A stretch of DNA of 64,000 nucleotides from an uncultured bacterium (GCA_964588795.1 CAZPQN010000003.1:18639-82638), one strand, 5' to 3'. Counted from the stretch's first letter, positions 28,641-38,705 are shown. Made by a program: numbers and translations. The notes: generated by a model not told the origin, from the letters alone.

Positions 28641-30083
28641 TTAAATGTCAAAGGACCACTGACCGGTTTGTAAATATTCGTCAATGGCTTGGGCGGCAGA
28701 GCGGCCCGCGCCCATAGCCAGAATTACCGTCGCCCCACCGGTAACAATGTCTCCGCCCGCAAATACTCCCGGTTTGGAAGTGCGTCCACTTTCCGGTTCG
28801 GCGAGGATATTGCCCCACTTATTGCACCGCAAATCCGGAGTGGTCTGCGAAATCAACGGATTGGAACCATTTCCAATCGCCATGATCACCAAATCGGTCT
28901 CTATTTCAAATTCTGAACCAGCTATAGGTACAGGGCGGCGTCGGCCGGAAGCGTCCGGCTCTCCGAGCTCCATTCGCAGACAGCGGGCTTTGTGCACCCA
29001 GCCGGTGCCGTCAGCAACAAATTCAATCGGGTTGGTGAGCGTCCGAAAAATGATGCCTTCTTCACGGGCATGGTGCACTTCCTCGATCCGGGCTGGCATT
29101 TCAACTTCCGATCGACGGTAAACGATGGTTGCGGTTTCGGCCCCTAAACGCTTGGCGGTGCGGACAGCGTCCATGGCAGTATTGCCACCGCCAACGACCA
29201 CGACGTTTTTTCCGTGCCTGACGGGCGTATCGGTAGACGGAAACTCATAAGCGCGCATCAGATTGACGCGAGTCAGATACTCATTGGCCGAGTAAACCCC
29301 CATCAGGTTTTCCCCGGGAATATTCATAAACCAGGGCAAACCCGCCCCAACTCCCAAAAATACCGCCTGATAGCCACCTGTGGTAAGCAATTCGTCAATC
29401 GTCATGGTCTTGCCTACGATAAAATTGGCGACGAATTCCACCCCCATCTGCCGCAGGTTATTGATTTCGAAGCGCAGGATCTTCTTCGGCAGGCGAAATT
29501 CCGGAATGCCATAAACCAGCACTCCCCCGAACTCATGTAAAGCCTCAAAAACCGTGACCGCATGTCCTCGTTGCACCAAATCGCTGGCACAAGCCAAACC
29601 CGCCGGACCGCTACCCACGACAGCAACCTTTTTTCCCGTCAGTTTGGCATTCTTGGGAAATGCAGTAGCTGAATTTTGCTGGCGTTCATAGTCTGCGACA
29701 AAGCGCTCTAATCGACCGATGGCCACCGGTTCGAACTTACCTTTCAGGATACAGGTTTTCTCACACTGTTCCTCCTGTGGGCATACGCGCCCGCAGACAG
29801 CTGGCAGCAGGTTATCCTCCTTGATTTTACGGGCGGCACCTAAGAAATCACGCACGGCAATCAGCTGGATAAATGCGGGTATTTTAATGCGCACGGGACA
29901 GCCATCAATACAAGTCGATTTGGGACAATTCAGGCACCGCTGCGCTTCCCGGACGGCGGTCTCAACGTCAAATCCAAGATTCACTTCCTCGAAATTGCGA
30001 TTGCGGATCTGCGGCGGCTGTTCCGGCATTTTTTGACGGGGGATTGCGAGACGCTCTTTTTTACTCAAAATCTGGTTCGCCAC
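28641..30083 (-). CDS. nfnB: NfnB/SudA-type glutamate-synthase-small-subunit-like oxidoreductase (2x[4Fe-4S], FAD, NAD(P)H)
   Basis: Cys clusters CLNCPKSTCIDGCP / CGRVCPQEEQCEKTC, dinucleotide fold VAVVGSGPAGLACA and VVVVGGGNTAMD. Confidence 0.7.
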   Translation of the reverse strand: MANQILSKKERLAIPRQKMPEQPPQIRNRNFEEVNLGFDVETAVREAQRCLNCPKSTCIDGCPVRIKIPAFIQLIAVRDFLGAARKIKEDNLLPAVCGRVCPQEEQCEKTCILKGKFEPVAIGRLERFVADYERQQNSATAFPKNAKLTGKKVAVVGSGPAGLACASDLVQRGHAVTVFEALHEFGGVLVYGIPEFRLPKKILRFEINNLRQMGVEFVANFIVGKTMTIDELLTTGGYQAVFLGVGAGLPWFMNIPGENLMGVYSANEYLTRVNLMRAYEFPSTDTPVRHGKNVVVVGGGNTAMDAVRTAKRLGAETATIVYRRSEVEMPARIEEVHHAREEGIIFRTLTNPIEFVADGTGWVHKARCLRMELGEPDASGRRRPVPIAGSEFEIETDLVIMAIGNGSNPLISQTTPDLRCNKWGNILAEPESGRTSKPGVFAGGDIVTGGATVILAMGAGRSAAQAIDEYLQTGQWSFDI

Positions 30084-30091
30084 GATTGCCT

Positions 30092-30970
30092 CTATTCTTC
30101 TGCCTGCGGATTAAGCTGTTCACTCAGGCGACAATGATGTACTGGTGGAGGAGTCTGCTCAAACTCCTGCAAGGCCTGGGCTTCAAATTCCACAAACTGA
30201 CGCTGGCGCCGACCAATTTCCGCAAAGTCGACCTGATGACCGTCGAACTCCGGTCCATCAACACAAACGAACACCGTTTTATCGGCTACCGTCGCGCGGC
30301 AGCCCCCGCACATACCCGTTCCATCCACCATAATGCTGTTAAGCGAAACCATAGTCTTAATCCCGAAGGGACGGGTCTGCTCCGCTACCGCCGCCATCAT
30401 CGGCAAGGGACCGACAGCCAGAATAAAATCCGGCCTGTGTCGTTGGAGCAAATCCTGCAACACTTGTGTGACAAAACCTTTGATCCCGTAACTGCCGTCG
30501 TCGGTTGAGATGAGCACCTCGTCACAGACAGCCCGCATCTCGGATTCACAAATAATCAGTTCTCTCTGCCGGGCACCGACAATGGCGATGACCTGATTCC
30601 CGGCCTGTTTCAGTGCTTTAGCGATGGGTAAAGCTTCCGCGGTGCCCACCCCCCCGCTCACGCAGACTGTCAACCCAAATTTATCAATATGCGTCGGTCG
30701 TCCCAGTGGGCCGACTAAATCGTGTATGTAATCGCCGGCTGATAATAAATTTAAATGCCGCGTAGTTTTCCCGATCCCCTGGACAATCAGTGTTATGGTA
30801 CCCTGCGCGGGATCGCCATCCACAATCGTCAGGGGAATGCGTTCCCCTTTTTCCCAGACACGCAGAATGACAAATTGCCCGGGCTGGCGTTTGCGGGCAA
30901 TCAGCGGCGCCTCAACGATAAATTTTTTAATCTGCGGTGCGATAAATTCAGCCGTGATAATTTGATGCAA
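30092..30970 (-). CDS. nfnA: NfnA/SudB-type FAD- and [2Fe-2S]-containing electron-transfer subunit (PyrK-like)
   Basis: Ferredoxin-NADP-reductase-like fold with C-terminal CGGCRATVADKTVFVCVDGPEF cluster; adjacent to GltD-like partner. Confidence 0.65.
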   Translation of the reverse strand: MHQIITAEFIAPQIKKFIVEAPLIARKRQPGQFVILRVWEKGERIPLTIVDGDPAQGTITLIVQGIGKTTRHLNLLSAGDYIHDLVGPLGRPTHIDKFGLTVCVSGGVGTAEALPIAKALKQAGNQVIAIVGARQRELIICESEMRAVCDEVLISTDDGSYGIKGFVTQVLQDLLQRHRPDFILAVGPLPMMAAVAEQTRPFGIKTMVSLNSIMVDGTGMCGGCRATVADKTVFVCVDGPEFDGHQVDFAEIGRRQRQFVEFEAQALQEFEQTPPPVHHCRLSEQLNPQAEE

Positions 30971-30989
30971 CCTCTGCGACCTTTCTTTT

Positions 30990-31346
30990 TTACACGAGAA
31001 CCTGGTAGGCTTTTTCCAGGGACTCCAGTTCTTTCAGCACGAAGGGCAACATCTTAAGGACCGTGGATAAGCCAACGATGGGTATTGTCAATATGAGCGT
31101 GTCAATGATTTCATCGCGCGTCGCACCCGCCCGCAGTGCTTTGGGAATGATGATTTTTATGGCGTCCGGAGAAGGGCTATTGACCTGAATAGCTAACATG
31201 ATCAGTTCCCGGGTCTTTTCGTCGAGATGATTGCCAAGGACATTGACCATTTTCTGATAGCTTTTAAAAACTTCCTTGCGGTTTTCCATAAGGAAGGTCA
31301 ATCCATCTTTATCGAGGTCCTCCCAACGGAAATTGTCGGTTACCAT
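30990..31346 (-). CDS. carboxymuconolactone decarboxylase / AhpD-like family protein
   Basis: 118 aa; ...TRELIMLAIQVNSPSPDAIKIIIPKALRAGATRDEIIDTLIL... matches AhpD-like CMD domain layout. Confidence 0.55.
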   Translation of the reverse strand: MVTDNFRWEDLDKDGLTFLMENRKEVFKSYQKMVNVLGNHLDEKTRELIMLAIQVNSPSPDAIKIIIPKALRAGATRDEIIDTLILTIPIVGLSTVLKMLPFVLKELESLEKAYQVLV

Positions 31347-31360
31347 ATAATCCCTCCTTT

Positions 31361-32389
31361 TTATTTGACCTCTTCTATCCAGCCAAACCGGTCTTCTATG
31401 TCACCCAGCTGGTAAGCGGTCAGATACTTGTACAGTTTTACCGTCAGCGGGCCCGGTTCCAAACCATCGGCATAAAACTTATATTGCCGGTTTTGATACC
31501 CCAAACAACCAACGGGGGTGATGACCGCCGCGGTGCCGCAGGCTCCAACTTCGACAAAATCTTCGATCTCATCAACACTAACCCGCCGCTCGATAAAAGT
31601 CAGTCCCAGGGCTTCCTGGGCGACCGTGATCAGCGATTTGCGCGTTATACTGACCAAAATAGAGTCCGACCGCGGTGTCGCCAGAGTCCCATCCTTGAAT
31701 ACAAAATAAATATTAGCTGCGCCCATCTCCTCGAAATATTTATGCTCGATCGAGTCCAAGTATACGACTTCCTGATAACCCTCCTCTTTGGCAATCTTGA
31801 GCGGTACCAGCGAGGCGGAATAATTGCCGCCGGCCTTGGCGCGCCCGATCCCGTGGAGAGCGGCACGATCGTAGTAGTCGTCGACTTTCAACTTGATGGT
31901 CTTAAATCCAGTCTTGAAATAGGGGCCTACCGGACAGACAAAAACGACAAACATGTATTCATAGGCCGCGCGGACACCCAAATTTTCGCCCACTCCCAGT
32001 TCAAAGGGGCGCAGGTAAAGCGCCGCCCCGGAACCATAGGGTGGTACGTAATCAATATTGGCCTTAATTGCCTCCAGAATACCCTTCATAAAGAGCTCTT
32101 CCGGCACTTCCGCCATCAGGATGCGGCTGGCAGATTCACGGAATCGCCGCGCATTATCGCGGGGACGAAAAAGCAGAATCCGACCATCCTTTGCCCGTTG
32201 CGCTTTCATCCCCTCAAAAATCTGCTGACCATAATGCAGACAGGTGGCCCCTTCATCAATACTCAGTTTGTTTTCGGTGACCAGGCGTCCATTATCCCAT
32301 TGCCCATCTTTCCAGTGCGCAATAAAGCGGTAGGGAGTATAACTGTAGCGAAAATCGAGTTTGCTCCACTCAATAGTTTTGGGGTCCAT
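31361..32389 (-). CDS. ilvE: branched-chain amino acid aminotransferase (class IV)
   Basis: EVVYLDSIEHKYFEEMGAANIYFVFKDGTLATP and C-terminal ...GACGTAAVITPV... blocks typical of BCAT. Confidence 0.85.
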   Translation of the reverse strand: MDPKTIEWSKLDFRYSYTPYRFIAHWKDGQWDNGRLVTENKLSIDEGATCLHYGQQIFEGMKAQRAKDGRILLFRPRDNARRFRESASRILMAEVPEELFMKGILEAIKANIDYVPPYGSGAALYLRPFELGVGENLGVRAAYEYMFVVFVCPVGPYFKTGFKTIKLKVDDYYDRAALHGIGRAKAGGNYSASLVPLKIAKEEGYQEVVYLDSIEHKYFEEMGAANIYFVFKDGTLATPRSDSILVSITRKSLITVAQEALGLTFIERRVSVDEIEDFVEVGACGTAAVITPVGCLGYQNRQYKFYADGLEPGPLTVKLYKYLTAYQLGDIEDRFGWIEEVK

Positions 32390-32774
32390 GACCTGCCTCT
32401 CTCTTTAAAATAGTTGTTGGATTGGATTTCTGCATACTCTGTTTCAAGCACCATGTAGCGTATTTGAGTCAAACAAAAGTAATGCCACACAGCCCTGACC
32501 GCCGCGAAAGCCGGACAGTTTATAAAAAGATCGCAAGTACCGACACTTTGGGAAAAAAGATTTGGATCAAGCTTTTTTTCCTAATTCTGAAAATCCAGCG
32601 GAAATCTTTTTATTGGAAATAGGAAATTGCACGCCCCTAGGGAAAGTTTTTACCTTTATTATCATCGAATAAGGATCATGACCCGGATTTTTGGTAAAGA
32701 GTTTGCATGGTAGCGGGAGAGTACCTGGTAGGTTTTTTACAATGCTTAACCACTTTAATCAACGGAGGTGAGAA

Positions 32775-33851
32775 ATGTCCAAAAAGTTATTCATACCCGG
32801 GCCGGTCGATGTTCGCCCCGCGGTTTTACAGGCCATGAGCACACCGATGATCGGCCACCGCAGTAAAGATGCCTCCGCGCTTCAGCGACGCATCTCCGAC
32901 AAACTCCGCAAAGTTTTTTTCACCGCAAATCCCATCTTGTTATCTACTTCTTCCGGCACGGGATTGATGGAAGGTTCCATCCGTTCCTGCACCGCCAAAC
33001 GCGCGGTCGTTTTCTCGGTCGGTGCCTTCGGCGATCGATGGGCGGGACTGGCGAAATCCAACAACGTTCCGCATGACTTGGTCCGCGCTGAAAATGGTCA
33101 ACCCACTCTGCCGGATATAGTTGATCAGTACCTTTCTTCCGGAAAATACGACGTCTTTACTATTACCCATAACGAGACTTCGACGGGCATTATGAATCCG
33201 GTCGCGGCGATCGCGGAAATTCGTCAGAAATATCCCGACATCCTCTGGTTGGTGGATACGGTTTCATCTATGGGTGGAACACGCATCGAGGTGGACGAAC
33301 TCGGCATTGACGTTTGTATCACTTCGACCCAGAAATGCCTTGGCCTGCCACCCGGGTTGTCCATCGCTTCTGTCAGTCAACGCGCACTCGAACATGCCCG
33401 TACCGTCTCCTTCCGCGGTTCCTATTTAGACATCGTCGAGCTCTATGACTACCTGGTTAAAAAGGATTACCAATATCCCTCCACTCCATCGCTGGCCCAC
33501 ATGTTCGCGCTCGATCAGCAGCTCGATTACATTCTCGAGGTCGAGGGACTTGAAAATCGGTTTGCGCGTCACCTTGAAATGGCACTGCTGACTCGTCAGT
33601 GGGCTAAGGAAAACTTCGCTCTTTTCGCCGCTCCCGGTTATGAATCCGTCACCCTCACGACCATAAAAAACACCAAAGGTATTTCGATCGCCGATCTCAA
33701 CAAGAAAATCGGCGAGCAGGGCTATCAGATTTCCAACGGCTACGGTGACCTGAAAGAAAAAACCTTCCGCATCGCGCATATGGCCGACCGGACGATCGAG
33801 GAAATGCAGGCGCTATTTAAAGTGCTCAATGAGACCATCGCTAAAATGTAA
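32775..33851 (+). CDS. class V aminotransferase (serine-pyruvate / archaeal-type phosphoserine aminotransferase-like)
   Basis: N-terminal LFIPGPVDVRPAVLQAM, SGAT-family layout, 358 aa; adjacent serA. Confidence 0.7.
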   Translation: MSKKLFIPGPVDVRPAVLQAMSTPMIGHRSKDASALQRRISDKLRKVFFTANPILLSTSSGTGLMEGSIRSCTAKRAVVFSVGAFGDRWAGLAKSNNVPHDLVRAENGQPTLPDIVDQYLSSGKYDVFTITHNETSTGIMNPVAAIAEIRQKYPDILWLVDTVSSMGGTRIEVDELGIDVCITSTQKCLGLPPGLSIASVSQRALEHARTVSFRGSYLDIVELYDYLVKKDYQYPSTPSLAHMFALDQQLDYILEVEGLENRFARHLEMALLTRQWAKENFALFAAPGYESVTLTTIKNTKGISIADLNKKIGEQGYQISNGYGDLKEKTFRIAHMADRTIEEMQALFKVLNETIAKM

Positions 33852-33866
33852 CCGCGAGAGGAACCT

Positions 33867-34763
33867 ATGAAAATCCTGATTACTGACGGACTGAGCAAAG
33901 AAGGCCAGGCAATCCTGCGCCAAGCTGGAATCGAGTTTGACATCCAATTTTATGAACCTGCCGAATTACTGAAGGTCATTCCCGAATATGACGGTATTTT
34001 AGTCCGTTCCGCCACTAACGTCCCGCGGGAAGTCATTGACGCCGGTAAAAAACTCAAGGTCATTGCGCGCGGCGGAGCCGGTATTGACAACATCGATCAT
34101 AAATACGCCAAATCCATCGGAATTCCGGTTTTGAACACGCCGGCGGCTAATTCGCACTCCGTCGCCGAGCTGGTTTTCGCCCACCTGTTCGCCTTGGCGC
34201 GGTTCATACCCCAGGCCAATATTACCATGCGCGAGGGCAAGTGGGAGAAAAAAGCCTATGCCAAAGGCCTCGAGCTCGCCGGGAAGATCCTGGGCATTGT
34301 CGGTTTTGGCAAAATCGGTCAGATCGTCGCCAGGCTTGCCCATGGACTGGGAATGCAGGTAATCGTCTATGACATTGCCGAAACTAAAACTGATTTACCT
34401 ATCCGGATGGTCAGTTTCCCGGACCTGCTGAAAAATTCCGACTTCATCACCCTGCACGTTCCCAAGCAGGCCCAGCCGCTGATTGGAGTCAGCGAAATCG
34501 AAATGATGAAACCCGGCGTTTTCATCATCAACTGCGCCCGCGGCAATGTCGTCGACGAAAAAGCTTTACTGAAAGGATTAAAATCCGGAAAGATCGGCGG
34601 CGCGGGATTGGACGTATATGCCGAGGAACCTACCCAAAACCTCGAACTGGTACGTCATCCCCGGGTTTCGGTCACGCCCCATACCGGAGCCAGCACGATT
34701 GAAGCGCAGGAGCGCGTCGGGGTAGAAATCGCGACCAAAATAGTCACAACTTTGACCGCGTGA
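33867..34763 (+). CDS. serA: D-3-phosphoglycerate dehydrogenase (short form, no ACT domain)
   Basis: 2-hydroxyacid dehydrogenase family; NAD-binding GIVGFGKIGQIVARLA; catalytic ...CARG...H... Confidence 0.8.
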   Translation: MKILITDGLSKEGQAILRQAGIEFDIQFYEPAELLKVIPEYDGILVRSATNVPREVIDAGKKLKVIARGGAGIDNIDHKYAKSIGIPVLNTPAANSHSVAELVFAHLFALARFIPQANITMREGKWEKKAYAKGLELAGKILGIVGFGKIGQIVARLAHGLGMQVIVYDIAETKTDLPIRMVSFPDLLKNSDFITLHVPKQAQPLIGVSEIEMMKPGVFIINCARGNVVDEKALLKGLKSGKIGGAGLDVYAEEPTQNLELVRHPRVSVTPHTGASTIEAQERVGVEIATKIVTTLTA

Positions 34764-34828
34764 TAAACGGCGCGGCTGACTCATCTCTGTAGAAATAATT
34801 TACATGGCAAGTTTACGTAGGGTTACGC

Positions 34829-36079
34829 ATGGTAAAAATAAAAGCCTTTAAAGGGCTCCGGCCCCGGCCAGAGTTGGCGGTCAGGATCGCCTCACTGCCG
34901 TATGATGTAATTGACTCCGACGAAGCTCGACAGGCAGCGGTGGGGAATCCTTATTCCTATCTGCACGTGGTAAAATCCGAAATCGATCTGGCTCCCGAAG
35001 TCGATCATTACGCTGAAAAAGTCTACCTAAAAGCCGCTGAAAATCTGCAACAGATGTGGGCCCGGGGCTGGTTACTCCAAGACGGTCAACCGTCATTCTA
35101 CATCTACCGCCAGCGGATGGATCAGCACGTCCAGACCGGTCTGGTAGTGACTGCCCACATTCAAGATTATCTGGATCAGAAAATCCGCATCCATGAATTA
35201 ACGCGTGCCAAAAAAGAGCAGGACCGTATCAACCACGTCCGTTATACTCAGGCCAACACGGAGCCAGTGTTTCTAACCTATCCCGCCCGCAAAGAAATTG
35301 ATACGATCATCAACGACTTTTGTACAAGCCAGCCGCCGGTCTACCATTTCCTTGCTGATGATAAAATTCAGCATACCGTCTGGATCATCGATAATCAGGC
35401 GTTAATTCTTGAACTAATCGCATTATTTGAACAGATTCCCTATGCTTACGTTGCGGATGGACATCATCGCACGAAATCGGCGGTCATGGTCGGCGAACAA
35501 CTGCGGCAGGAAAATGTCAAACATACCGGTTCCGAGGAGTACAACTGGTTTTTAGCCGTGTATTTCCCGCATGACCAGCTCCAAATCCTGCCCTATAATC
35601 GGGTAGTCAAAGACCTGCATGGTTTAACTTCAGCGGAGTTCCTGCATAAGGTCGCGGAGAAATTCAAAATCCAACCCGCCGCTGACCGCAAACAGGCTGA
35701 ACCACAACGGAAACATCAATTCGGTCTGTATCTGGACCACAAATGGTATGCAATGGAAGCCCGAACCGGGACTTTCAACACCGACAATCCGGAAGCCGCA
35801 CTGGACGTGGCTATTCTGCAAGCCAATCTGCTCGCCCCGGTTTTGAACATTGGCGATCCGCGTACCGATGAAAGAATTGACTTTGTGGGGGGAATACGCG
35901 GTCTGGCCGAACTGGAACGGCGGGTCAATTCCGGTGAAATGGCAATCGCTTTTGCCCTTTATCCTACGCAAATTGACCAGTTATTCGCGATTGCCGACGC
36001 GGGTAAGATCATGCCGCCCAAATCCACCTGGTTCGAACCTAAACTCCGGAGTGGATTGATCATTCATCTGCTGAAATAA
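34829..36079 (+). CDS. DUF1015 family protein
   Basis: N-terminal IKAFKGLRPRPELAVRIASLPYDVIDSDEAR matches the DUF1015 signature; 416 aa; serA/serC neighbourhood. Confidence 0.55.
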   Translation: MVKIKAFKGLRPRPELAVRIASLPYDVIDSDEARQAAVGNPYSYLHVVKSEIDLAPEVDHYAEKVYLKAAENLQQMWARGWLLQDGQPSFYIYRQRMDQHVQTGLVVTAHIQDYLDQKIRIHELTRAKKEQDRINHVRYTQANTEPVFLTYPARKEIDTIINDFCTSQPPVYHFLADDKIQHTVWIIDNQALILELIALFEQIPYAYVADGHHRTKSAVMVGEQLRQENVKHTGSEEYNWFLAVYFPHDQLQILPYNRVVKDLHGLTSAEFLHKVAEKFKIQPAADRKQAEPQRKHQFGLYLDHKWYAMEARTGTFNTDNPEAALDVAILQANLLAPVLNIGDPRTDERIDFVGGIRGLAELERRVNSGEMAIAFALYPTQIDQLFAIADAGKIMPPKSTWFEPKLRSGLIIHLLK

Positions 36080-36134
36080 ACTTCCCACGGGTGAGATAGT
36101 ACCCTGATAACGCGTTTTTTCGTATATTAACAAC

Positions 36135-37799
36135 ATGAAAAGACGTGATTTCCTCAAATCAGCGACGCTTGCGGGGGCGGGCTTGCTAATAGGTTGTTAT
36201 TCCCGCAACCGGTTCGATATAATCATCCGCAACGGGCAGGTATTCGATGGGCTCGGACATCCTGCCCGGCGACTTGATCTCGGGCTCAGAGGCAATCAGA
36301 TCGTCGCCCTGGCTGACCTCAGCCAGGCCTCGGCTGATTTGACGATCGATGCCTCCGGTTTAGTGGTCGCTCCCGGCTTTATTGATTGCCACTCGCACAC
36401 CGACATCGAATTGCTAGTCAATCCCCGTGCCGAAAGTAAAATCCATCAGGGTATCACGACCGAAATATCGGGAAATTGTGGCGATTCACCTTTCCCATTG
36501 AACGAAAATGATTTCCGCGAATACCAGCGCCGGATACGTGAACAATACGGAATCGAAGTCGGTTGGCGGGATGCACGGGCTTTTTTCAGAGCGATTCAGC
36601 GCGCCCGTCCGGCCTTCAATTACGCCTCATTTACCGGGCACGGTGCCCTACGCGCCATGGTTGTCGGCAAAAACGATGTCCCCCCTGCATCAGTCCAGAT
36701 CCGGCAGATGCAACAAATCCTGGCGGAGACTTTGGAAATGGGCAGTCTGGGACTATCTACGGGCCTGGAATATGCCCCGGGCAGTTACGCCAAAACCGAC
36801 GAACTTATCGCCCTGTGTCAGACGGTTGCGCGGTACAACGGGGTTTACGCCACGCATATGCGCAATGAAGATGACCGCGTCGAAGAAGCAGTCGCCGAAG
36901 CCCTGCAGATCTGTCGGGCAGCCAGCGTATCCCTGGAAATTTCACACCTGAAAGCCTGCAACCAATCCAACTGGTACAAGGAACCACGCCTGTTAGATAT
37001 GCTAACCAAGGCCGCCGAGAGTGGCTTACCAGTCCAGGCTGACCGCTATCCCTACAACGCCTGGAGCACCGGATTGACCGCCTTTTTACCGCTCTGGGCG
37101 CGGCAGGGCGAACGCGAAGAGGTTTTAGCCCGCCTGAAAGACCGGACGCTGGAGGCAGAAATCCGTCAGTATATCGAAGCCCGCGGCCAACGCATCGGCG
37201 GCTGGGATAAAGTCGTAATCAGCGATTGCTTTACTGCTAAAAACAGCCATTATGAAGGTCAGTCCATCGCCCAGGCTTGCAGACAGAGTGGTCAATCACC
37301 CTTTACATTCATCCGTGATTTATTGCTCGTGGAAGAAAACCGGGTGGGAGTCATTGGCTTTGCCATGAGCGAAGAAAACCTGAAGCAGACACTTGCCCAT
37401 CCGCTGGTGACTATTGGTTCCGATGGTAGTGCCGTCGCACCTTACGGCAAATTATCCGAAGGCAAACCACATCCGCGTCACTATGGAACGTTTCCCCGGG
37501 TACTCGGTAAATACTGTCGGGAAGAACAGATCTTCGATTTAGCGACGGCCATTCACAAGATGACGGCGCAACCAGCTCAAAAACTGGGTCTGAAGCAGCG
37601 CGGCTGTCTGGAAGTTGGCTATTACGCTGACGTCGTCATATTCAATCCGCAGACCATAATTGATCGGGCGACTTTTGCCGATCCTCATCAATATCCAGCG
37701 GGCATCGAATATGTCTTCGTTAATGGTCAGCTGGTCATCGAACACGGTCAGCACACCGGACGGTGCCCAGGCGAGATTTTAAGATCACAGCGATCTTAA
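36135..37799 (+). CDS. Tat-secreted N-acyl-D-amino-acid deacylase (D-aminoacylase) family amidohydrolase
   Basis: Twin-arginine signal MKRRDFLKSATLAGAGLLIGC; metal-binding GFIDCHSHTD; 554 aa. Confidence 0.75.
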   Translation: MKRRDFLKSATLAGAGLLIGCYSRNRFDIIIRNGQVFDGLGHPARRLDLGLRGNQIVALADLSQASADLTIDASGLVVAPGFIDCHSHTDIELLVNPRAESKIHQGITTEISGNCGDSPFPLNENDFREYQRRIREQYGIEVGWRDARAFFRAIQRARPAFNYASFTGHGALRAMVVGKNDVPPASVQIRQMQQILAETLEMGSLGLSTGLEYAPGSYAKTDELIALCQTVARYNGVYATHMRNEDDRVEEAVAEALQICRAASVSLEISHLKACNQSNWYKEPRLLDMLTKAAESGLPVQADRYPYNAWSTGLTAFLPLWARQGEREEVLARLKDRTLEAEIRQYIEARGQRIGGWDKVVISDCFTAKNSHYEGQSIAQACRQSGQSPFTFIRDLLLVEENRVGVIGFAMSEENLKQTLAHPLVTIGSDGSAVAPYGKLSEGKPHPRHYGTFPRVLGKYCREEQIFDLATAIHKMTAQPAQKLGLKQRGCLEVGYYADVVIFNPQTIIDRATFADPHQYPAGIEYVFVNGQLVIEHGQHTGRCPGEILRSQRS

Positions 37800-37820
37800 T
37801 CTTGAATAAAGGAAACCCAA

Positions 37821-38690
37821 TTGCATAAAATATTCCTGCGAATTTTTCAAGTAGTCGTAATTCTGCTGATCCTGGGCTTGGCAAGCAGTACGTTTCTGCC
37901 GCCAAGTTCCCACTGCCCGGATTGCCCGCCGGCGCTTCGTTTGCTACTGCCTGATCGTTTTTATGATTCTCCTCTGCATGCCAGCCTGTGGCTTGTGCTT
38001 GCGGTAAGCATGATCATAGCGGTGATTTTCCGGGGCCTCCGCACTGCTTCCCAGAAGATTCTGCACCTTTTGTTGGCGCTGATTTTTTTAACGATTTTCT
38101 TCGAAAAAAGCACGAACCGCCGGTTTTTTATGACCATCAAAGAGGGACAGGCTGTGAACTTATCCGATGTTATCCATTCCAGCACGCCAGAATATAATTT
38201 GCAGTTGCGGCTCCTGCGTTTTGAGCTCGAACGCCACCCCGACGGCCTGCGTCCCAAAGCCTTCAACAGTCATCTGCTAATCGAAGGACACAAGCCCGCA
38301 ACCGTTTCGATCAACCGCCCACTGGCAATCGGACGTTACCGGCTCTATCAAAATGCCTATCATGAAGTTCCGACCTTCAAATTCCTGGTTGCAGAAGATA
38401 CCCTGATTGCCGCAGTAGGTGATACTGTCAAGTGGAATGAACACCGGATTTGGTTCGATAATTACGACCTCCATGAGCCGAGTCTGCGGGTGTATTGGGA
38501 TGGCATTCCCAACCATGTTTCACTCAGTGGGGAATTTACGGCAGACCGAATGCGCATCCGCGTAACGCCGGGGCCATTTATTTATGCCAGTATCATTGAG
38601 GTTGTCGAAGTCGCCGGGACTGCTTTTCTACTCTTTGTCAGCTTGTTGTATCTGGTTGCACTGGTCAATGTATTCTGGTGGAATCGCTGA
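37821..38690 (+). CDS. short ResB/CcsB-like cytochrome c biogenesis membrane protein
   Basis: N-terminal TM, hydrophilic middle, C-terminal TM; directly upstream of ccsA; only 289 aa (canonical ResB is larger). Confidence 0.4.
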   Translation: MHKIFLRIFQVVVILLILGLASSTFLPPSSHCPDCPPALRLLLPDRFYDSPLHASLWLVLAVSMIIAVIFRGLRTASQKILHLLLALIFLTIFFEKSTNRRFFMTIKEGQAVNLSDVIHSSTPEYNLQLRLLRFELERHPDGLRPKAFNSHLLIEGHKPATVSINRPLAIGRYRLYQNAYHEVPTFKFLVAEDTLIAAVGDTVKWNEHRIWFDNYDLHEPSLRVYWDGIPNHVSLSGEFTADRMRIRVTPGPFIYASIIEVVEVAGTAFLLFVSLLYLVALVNVFWWNR

Positions 38691-38705
38691 AGTAAGGTTA
38701 TTGTT

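Noticed and set aside
31484-32413. 309-aa plus-strand ORF
   Set aside because: Lies antisense to ilvE, which has clear BCAT motifs; no motifs of its own; typical shadow ORF
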